Shown here piece after piece: positions 1 to 9,300 of a DNA stretch of 64,000 nt. A program made the translations under genes and the position numbers. Source of the stretch: Lytechinus pictus (taxonomy: Eukaryota); the NCBI RefSeq assembly GCF_037042905.1, contig NC_087251.1, positions 35,032,001 to 35,096,000 of the forward strand, in the 5' to 3' direction. Position 1 is the first letter of the stretch. Every line of letters starts with the position of its first letter. The notes under the pieces are model-generated. The model did not search any database and was not told the origin of the DNA. It saw only the letters and a list, made by a program, of their open reading frames with translations.

Positions 1-183
1 GAAGAAAAAAAGATCGAAGGAGAAGGAGAAAAGACGAACAACGAGAAAAGTCCAAGGAAGCGAGAAGAACAAGAAGGAAAAGAAAAAGGGAAAGAAAGGG
101 GGTGGGGGAAGAGAAAAGAGAAAAGAAAGGGAAAATGAAGAATATGTGGTGGAGAAGAAAGCAAACGGGGGGGGGGGGGGAGG
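1..183. repeat. Purine-rich low-complexity tract ending in a G run
   Basis: almost entirely A/G. Confidence 0.8.
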
Positions 184-230
184 GTGAAAACGCACAGAAT
201 AGTGTTTTCCATTTTATATTTTTTTCACAG

Positions 231-327
231 GTTTTATCTGTTCCGGCGCCCGGTGGTCGTGATCAGTGATCCCGATATTCTGAAAGACATTCTGGTGAAA
301 AGTTTCTCCAAGTTTACCAATCATGAT
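231..327 (+). CDS. P450 exon (FYLFRRPVVVISDPDILKDILVKSFSKFTNHD)
   Basis: ttttcacag acceptor, gtaagt donor; clan-3 N-terminal motif. Confidence 0.93.
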
Positions 328-3300
328 GTAAGTCACAAATTATCTTTCTTGATTAGCGAACAATTAGTTGGACAATATATTTTACAATGTTTATTAACGA
401 TTTATGATTACCGAAGATATCTTATTTGAATTAGTTATATTCGCATAAATATACGATATAGGCCTACTATATTTAAAATGAATTATTCGATACAGTAATT
501 CCAAGAAATAAAAGCTCTAATACTATGCATGCGAGTAGTTTGGCTATAGAATCCCACCTGTTTATGTCCTATTTGTCATAGACATTCGTCTTGAAGAACA
601 GACCTTTAGATCAAAGTTTATTGGATCTTCGTGATCAGAGATGGAAAGATGTGAGAACAGTCATTACTCCTACATTCAGCGCGCTCAAGATGAAACAGGT
701 GTGTTGTAAAGAAGACGGAGTCATCCTCACCCAAACGGTCCAATCAGATATGATTATCTGTTTATTGATTTTTTAGATATTTATTTGTGTTATTTCATTC
801 ATCCATAAATCATTGATATATATGTATAACTATATATATATATTTATTTATTTTACGAATACAATTATGAGAAAAATTCACTTTATTCAATTACATGTAT
901 GTCATTTATGTCTTTTATCATTTTTTATTCATTCAATCAATCATTCATTCACAATCAATTCATTCATTCATTCCGCTTTAATTCAACTTTTATTTTTGTA
1001 TCGGCCTGCTATGATAGTCAAAAGCAATTTAAACATTTATTATTATTTCTTATATCGCAATTATGTGCTGAAAAGTGTCATGAAATGATCAATTTCTGCA
1101 ATGTTCCAAATTGTATTTCATGATTATTAGAAAATGGGAGAATATTGGCTTTGTGATTATCATAGGAGATTAATAATAATATGAAACACTTGTAACAATT
1201 TTGTCATGGGTTGAAAAACAACCCATGACAGCTATATATCTTTTAAGAATCCTCAAATGGTATTAATCAAAACAACGTTCATTGAAATTGCAATTTGAAT
1301 TCTGCATATACGATTGTCTTATTTTTTTTTATTTAGGGGGATATAATAGCATCCATACCCGTTGGTTTTTAATATGGGTAGTGCGAGAAGTTTTACCATC
1401 TATAGTATTATAATTGAATATTTTAGAATGTTTTGTCTTAATTTTATATTCGCTTTCTCGCTCAAGCTTTTATTTCTAGAAACACTTCTCTCTGGTCATG
1501 ATGGTAATATCATAATTAGGACTAGTTTGTTTCAAACAAACACTGAAGATGCGTGAAATTATTTCATAGAAAGTAAGCCTATCAAATGTAATTTTTGAAA
1601 TGATCTAGCCTACATTTGACGATGCTATTCATGATCTAAATTTCATTTAGATGTCTCCCTTGATAAACGAATGTTGTGATGTTCTGGTTACTTATCTGCA
1701 AAAGAAGCGAGAGGAGGACAACGATATAAGCATTTTCAGGTATAATTGTTTCGATCATTCATTGTTACAGTAGTGAAATTTGCTTTAGATTAATTACATT
1801 TTATACAAATCACTGTAGTTTGACCGGGCGCGCGCACACACACACACCCTCACACAAACACACATACCAGACACACACCCTCACACCCCACACAAAAAAA
1901 TATTCCAACTCCTCGTTAGAAAGCAGTAATTTCATTTTAAAATCTGCACCTGCCTTCGGTAATAAAACAAGTATTTGAACAAATATCATTATGAGATATT
2001 GAGAATTATGAGAATTGAATTGTTTTTTCTAACTGCATCGCAACAATTTCATTGAAATATGAAGAATGCGATGCCTGCTTTAATACTCATTATATTTTCC
2101 TTTCTTTCCTTTCTGTATTCAAAGCGTTTTTGAATCATTCACGACGGACGGTATTGCTGAATGTGCATTTGGACTTCAGGTTGATGCCCAGAACAATCCC
2201 GATAATCAATTCGTTAAACATGCTAAAGCGATCATGGAAGCTTCTGTAAAGAGCCCCGTAGCGATGCTGGCAGGTTAGTGCTTATAATTATCATATTAAC
2301 CATGTTAATTACATCGTCATATAGGAATGTATACGGGGGGGGGGGGGTATTATTTGGTTCGGGGGAGGGGGAAATGATATGCGTTCAAGAACATAAAGGC
2401 GTCTACATGGCAAAGGGTGGCAACGAGCACAGAGCACTGATCTGTAGTATGCAGATCAGCGGCATAGAGTTCTCTCTCATTGGAGCTGAACAAGGGTTTT
2501 GACCTAAAGAATAAAATACAGCGCACATATTTGGGTGTATTTTGTGAAAACTTGTATACACAAGAAGATTTTTAGGGGAAGGGTAACTGATATGATAACG
2601 ATGGGAAAAGGAACATCGATAATCGTTGCATTCTTAAATTAAAATGCCCGATTCGTGCACGCATTTTTTTCATTGAACCCTTCACCGCTCCACAACGTTG
2701 TTGCTCAATGGATTGGTCTTCTGACTTTGAAACAGAGGGTCGTTGGTTCGAATCCCAGCCATGACGTAATTTCCTTCAGCAAGAAATGTATCCACATTGT
2801 GCTGCACTCAACCCAGGTGAGGTGAATGGGTACCCGGTAGGTTAAAAAATCCTTGAATGCCTGAGCGCCTAGGCAGCCCAGCTAAAGCAGGGGTAATAAT
2901 AAAAGCAGGGCCCGCTGGGAGAACAGTTTTCAGAACTGAAGTGACTTCCCTGGGTAAATATACATATATTGATATTATTATTTTTCATTGAAAGCAATTT
3001 ACAAAAATAGTTCGATATTCAGTGGATTTATTAAATAGATGGCATTGAATTGTTTAAAGTCTTTTGTTTATATCGTCTTTATGCAGGAATTTTCCCTCCA
3101 TCCGCCTACCTGTTTAATGCTCTTGACATCGGGTTAATTCCCGCCGCAACGAGGACATTCTTTAGAGATGTTGTTGTCAAAGCTATCGATATGAGGAAAC
3201 AGTCCCCTAATAGCGAGGTGGGTTAGAAAATTGATCGCAAGGAGTTATTGCATTAGCTTGTGTAATAATTTGAAAACAGAAAAAATGTCAATCGTATAAA

Positions 3301-6300
3301 AATGTAAAATATTTTACATTGTCAATAAATCTGTAAGCGTGTAGATACAATGCATGTCCTAAGCGCATTATAAATAACCAATCTGTATATTACTAAAGAA
3401 AATCCTTATCATTGCAACCACGCCTAATGCTTGTATTTATATAGAGGAAAGACTTTTTGCAACTTATGATGAACGCCCACAATGATGACGATATCGGCTC
3501 AAAGGTCAACAAGGACACGAACGATCTTCATAACCTGATTGAAGAGCACAGTGATAATCCCCTCTCCTCAACTCAGAAAACTCAACTAACCATGGATGAA
3601 ATATTTGCTCAGGTATAGAACCATGGTATAGTATTGACCCGAGTGTTGCTCGGAAGCCGGGGGGGGGGGGGGGTCACCTAACCTGGCTGGATAGGTAACA
3701 AGTTTCTCTTGTTCATGGTAAAGATTGCACATTTTGAATGACTGGACGCCATCCATTTTCTAACAGGTGGTTTAAACCAGGGAGAGGTTCAAATTTTTCT
3801 ATGAAATAAAAAAGGGATTTATATCAGCTGCAAACCTAATCAAAAGTCCATATGAAACATACTAGCATTGAGGTACACACAACATGTACAATGCCAGACT
3901 ATCAGGCAGTGGAAACTACCTTCAAGACAACCCTTGCTGCACATTTTAATAATCAGTAACATATCTGACGGGCCAAAAAAATTAATAAATACAAATTAAA
4001 AAGGCATTAAAATTTTTACGGGGGGCAACCTGCCCTATCCCTCTTCAGGCACGCTAATAGTCCGAATCTTAAATCGCGTTGCTCTTGATTTCCTGACGCC
4101 CCCTTTTGAATCCAGGCTTTGCTGTTCTTTGCTGGTGGCTATGATACGACAAGCCTTACGCTTGGTTTCCTGGCCTACTCCCTAGCAACCAATCCCGACA
4201 TTCAGGACCAGCTAATCAAAGAGGTGGATGAAATGACACCAACCAGAGATTCTGTCGACTATAACGCGGTCGCAAAGATGTCATTACTGGACATGGTTGT
4301 CTGTGAGACTCTCCGGTTATATCCGCCAGCAGTTGTGTAAGTCGAGCCATCTTCACCGTGCCATCCTTCTCAGTTCTTTCTTGCAGTCTGCTTACCATCC
4401 ATGCAAACATCACCGTGTTTTGCTCTACATTCTTAAGAAATCTTGCGAACTTTTGCGCCATGATGAAACTCTGTCCTCAGATATCACGAGTTCGTGGCAA
4501 GACGACCATTGAAATTTTTATAAGGGACTGAAAACAATATCAGTCCATTTGAAAAACAGGAATTTCACTGATGATCCATATAAATATTAGCTTATACCCT
4601 TTTGATTTTTCTTGTTTTCTTTGCCTCTAATCACAGAGGTGAGCGATGTTGTGGTGAGACACACACCGTTCGAGGATTAACAATTGAGAAAGGAAGCCAG
4701 ATCTTCTACTCTATGTATAACATCCACCGTGATCCATCTCTTTGGCCAGAACCTGAGAAATTCGACCCCTCAAGGTTTGTTCTTCGAAAATATTTCTTCG
4801 AATAAAAGAAAGTAGTTCATAATGCACATAGTTACCTCTCTTACTAGCAGTTTGATGACATACTATTTACAATTATATGACACCTAGATAGATCCTTGTG
4901 ATTTGATTGGTTGTTTGATATCGATCATTCAGCCCATTTTACAATGACGTCATCGACCGTGCAATTTTAGATCCATTCATCGTGCAATTTTGGATCCATA
5001 CGATTTTGTCCATTGCACTCGCGCACCGAGACTGCAGCTGCAGGCACCAGCAGTGCGCTTGTTGTAATGACGTAACAATCAACAGACCGAACTCGCACTG
5101 CATGAGCATGTTTTGCATCGAAATTCATGAATTTCATATGAAAAAAAAAAATTCATGAGGGTGTTTCATATAGCTGTTGAGCTGTTCGTTAAGTTACGCA
5201 CAACTTTACGCACGACTGGAACATGTTCTTAGGTCATAAATCAATTACATAGGGATATCACATAGCACAAGAAAGGATCACCAGTCGTGCGTAAAGTCAT
5301 TTGTATTTATATGCACAGAGATACGATCTTACGTATACGTAAGCTCCCGAAGGGAGCTAGAGAGGGAACTCTTTTCGCGCGTTTTTGATTTTCCATAGGT
5401 TTTGTACATAACAAACATGGCTGCCATTTGGCCAATTTGAAGGTTGATTTTGGAAGGTCAATGTTTAATTCATGAGTAATGACGTCAAAATACGCATAAT
5501 GCACTTGTATGATTGGATAAAACGCTAATGTTTTATTCATGTACTCATGCATTAAACATTTTTTTCCTTCCCACAATTCCCTACGATATCAGTGCGAAGT
5601 GTCGTTCTTTTTTACTCTGCGAAATTCAACATTTGAAATACAATAGCAAGACTAATTATCTGTTTATAGAATTAGTATCCGGAATCATGATTTCTGAGTG
5701 AAATTCAGTTGAGCAGAAAATTATGAGGGAACATTTACATCAAAGTAATGGCATTCCATACAAATAAAAGTAAGTTAAGTTCAATTTCGTGCTTTGATCT
5801 CGGTTGTAATTGTAATGTGTTTGCTGCTGGGGTTCGGCGTCGCAGTCAGGGCCTTATGTACTTTGTGTAGTTTACTTCGGAAACCACAATTTCCATATTT
5901 CCATTACTGAGATCTGACTCCGGATCTGACTGACATATTTTCTCAGAAAATAATAGTTTTTCGTAGAACTAAGTTGGTTAATTAGAATGCTTCATGTCCG
6001 TCCTTATTAAATCTGTATTCCAGTACATTGTCATATATCAGGGGTAGATGTGGACTTGTTCAGTAACGGCAAAGCTGCATTAAATCTAAGCCAAATAATA
6101 TAGTCAGAGCGGGAAATGGGCATTGATACCGCCGGTGCCAGCCGGCTGCGAAATTGCCGATGGCGATGTAGACTAGGTCAGATTAGGTGTTGGGAATTAA
6201 TGTCACTGACAAGCTTGAGTTGAAGTTTAAAGTTGGGCCTGAGCCTACTGATTTTTTGACACCGCTATTCCATCTTTATATGAATCAATATAATTCTCTG

Positions 6301-9300
6301 CATTTAAAAAGAAGTTAATTTTAAATCGATTATTTAAATGAACTAGGCCTAAATCTATTTGGAATGATATTGATATCGGTAGATTTGCCACTGCCCACTG
6401 GTGGAATGGTTTGAGACAGATTTTAACATTAGTCTTTTTTTACTAAAAAGTAAGGCCCTAGGATAGGTCTAACTTAGATCTTGATTTCTAAAAATGAAAT
6501 TCTAGATCTGTCTGGTTTGACTTTTTCTACGAAGATTTAAATTAACTTTATTCTAGTCCCTAGTTGGACTAAAATTATATAACGGAGTTAAATGATTCTT
6601 ATTTTTTGGGGACAACATTTCTTTGTCAGGTTTCAAACTGCTCAGTTATCGTATACCATGAGTGCATTTTTTTTTTGGGAAGGGGTGACAAAATTTAAAG
6701 TGCCCCATTCTGAATTTTATAAGTATAAGTAGAGAGAGGGCTGATCCAATTGATTTATCTTTATTTTCCTCCTCACTTGACCATATTTATGGTGAAAGGC
6801 AAAGGGTCATTTAAACTTGCGAGCAAGCTAACTTTTTTTTAAAATCAAAATCAAACTTGAAGAGGAACTCACTTAGATGTAGAGATTCACATGTTTATAG
6901 ATCTAGACGATTTAAAAAAAAACCAATTGTCTTGCACTGGTGAATGAGCGAGAGCCAAATTATCACACAAATAATAATTATCCTACATCTGTCAAAGCTG
7001 GCTTGCTGTATAAGATTGACAAAAGGCCTCGCTATAGTAGGCCACGAATATGCTTGAACCATTTACTGACTCTTATTGACAATGAAGATGGTCAGTGGAA
7101 ACAGAGCCAGGTAGGCCTATGCCTATGTCGTCAGTGGAACATAATACAGAGAGAAGGAAGTTTTCGGTCAAGACCAGCTTTTTTCTAGTTGGGAATATTC
7201 AGAGGCTTAGGATAGGACTATATGTAGCTGGAAATTTTGAAAATATTGTTTTAAAAGAGGGATTTTGTTTATCACCTCTAAAATTCTAAACTGTATTGTG
7301 TGTATTTTGAATTGCAGATCCAATGGGATCAAGTTCTAAGCAGTCCCAGCCCAGTCAGAAGTACAAAGTCAACTACCTATTACACATCACCAAGAGTTAC
7401 AATCTGATGAGGAACAGGATATTTGAACTGAAAACTTGTAAGGTATGCTTGTTTTCGTTAAAAAAAAGGCCTATTTCTTTTTTATTTGGGGGGGGGGGGG
7501 GGCTATAGCAACTTTTTCTGAATCATGTTATCCCATATAGTAAAGCTCCGTTGTGAGTAAATATTTATTTGGATTCAGATTCACCAGTATTTCCATTCTC
7601 ATCAATGCATACTTATTGTCCATGTCTCTTATCTTATCTACATGAGTCATATGTGATATCACTTTAAAACTCAGTTACTTTGTAGACAGAAATAAAAAAG
7701 GACAAAATATTGAGAGTAATTTTATGATATATATTTGAATGAGTTTACACACTTAATCAAAAAAGTTCTATGAATAATGCTTTATGAATAGTGATCTATG
7801 ATTTTTACCTGGCTATATAGATTACTACATGTGCATTATCTAAACAATATTGCATGGAAAATTAGGGCCTAATTAAAAGTTTAAAACTTCGTAATAAACT
7901 GAACTAGATGAGTAAGAATAATTTATATCAGCAGCTCATTTTGTTCTTTTCTTTTTTTGTGTTTACCATGCAGGTTCCGCAGGCAGTTTGAGTATCACCA
8001 GGGCAGATTATAAGAACAAATATGGAGGCCAAGTTCATAACAAGTAGCTACTTCATCACAATTACATATTTTAAAAATTGAATGAATTTGAATAAACATG
8101 TCAATACATATTGAATGTTGCTTGCACAACACATCTGTAGAAAAAAATTGGAGTATTGATATTTAGGTCCATAGGTTTCACACAAGATTGAAATATTTTC
8201 CCAAAGGGCACACCTACCCACCCTTTATTAATGTTCTAATCATCTACATGTAGTAGTAGTAGTGAAATAACTGTTTATGATATAAGTAGTTTGAAAGGGA
8301 TAAGTTGTATTCTGGTAATATAATCAATTCAGAATGGGTCTTTACTGAGTTCTGGGCTATGTACATGCCTACAGACATACACAAGACAATAAGAAATAAT
8401 GGATTTTCATTGAAAATGTGCATACTAAAAAAAACAAGGTGACAGAACAAAGGATTAAGAAATCACCCTCACTCCTGGACCTCATTTCATTAAGTCTAAC
8501 CACTACTCTAACTCTTTGCCATTCTGGTAATTACCATGGAAACATTAAAGTAACAGATCAACATTGAGGTTCCCATGCTAGTTGCTAGTTACAATTGGGG
8601 CAAATTTACCATAATTGACGTCTTTATGAAACAAGGATCTGTAGTGCTGGACATTAAGCTGTTGAATTTATTTTTTGGGGGAAGTGAAAAGTGGCACTGT
8701 TTTGTTCGTTTTTAATCTCTTTTTGTTCTTGTAGCACTGTATTGTTCATGTCCTGTATTATGAACTAAATTAGCTCTTCAAATGAAAAAAAAAAATTGTT
8801 GGAAATAGAACACAGCTCTAGCAGCACTTCACAACAATAGACAATAAGCAATTTTATTACTAATTTACTAATGTGCAGATTTGGGAAGGCACTCTTTAGA
8901 GAAATGTGGCAATGTGCTCCCTTTTTTGTGAAGTGCCCTCGGTTAGATTAGCATGCTATTTCTTGTCAGCAAATGCTGAAAAAAAATTACTTGATATTTG
9001 AGTAACCGACTTTGAGAGAGAGGTATATCGTTAATTTTTTTAATGACATCCTTGATGTCCCCTTATATTGACTAAATAAGGCTTATCAATACCTATGAAA
9101 GTAATTTTTTTTAATTTGTTTTCTCTAGATTTTACCAAAAGAAATACATCCCCTCCCATGTAACAGCCTTGCAATTTCTGTTGCATTCATTATATGCATT
9201 TTGCTGATGTAATGTGATGCTTTGGCGAGAAAAAGAGGATAGGAATATTTTGATCACATATTCAGAAATTGATTCCTTAATAAATATTTTAATTTGAAAT

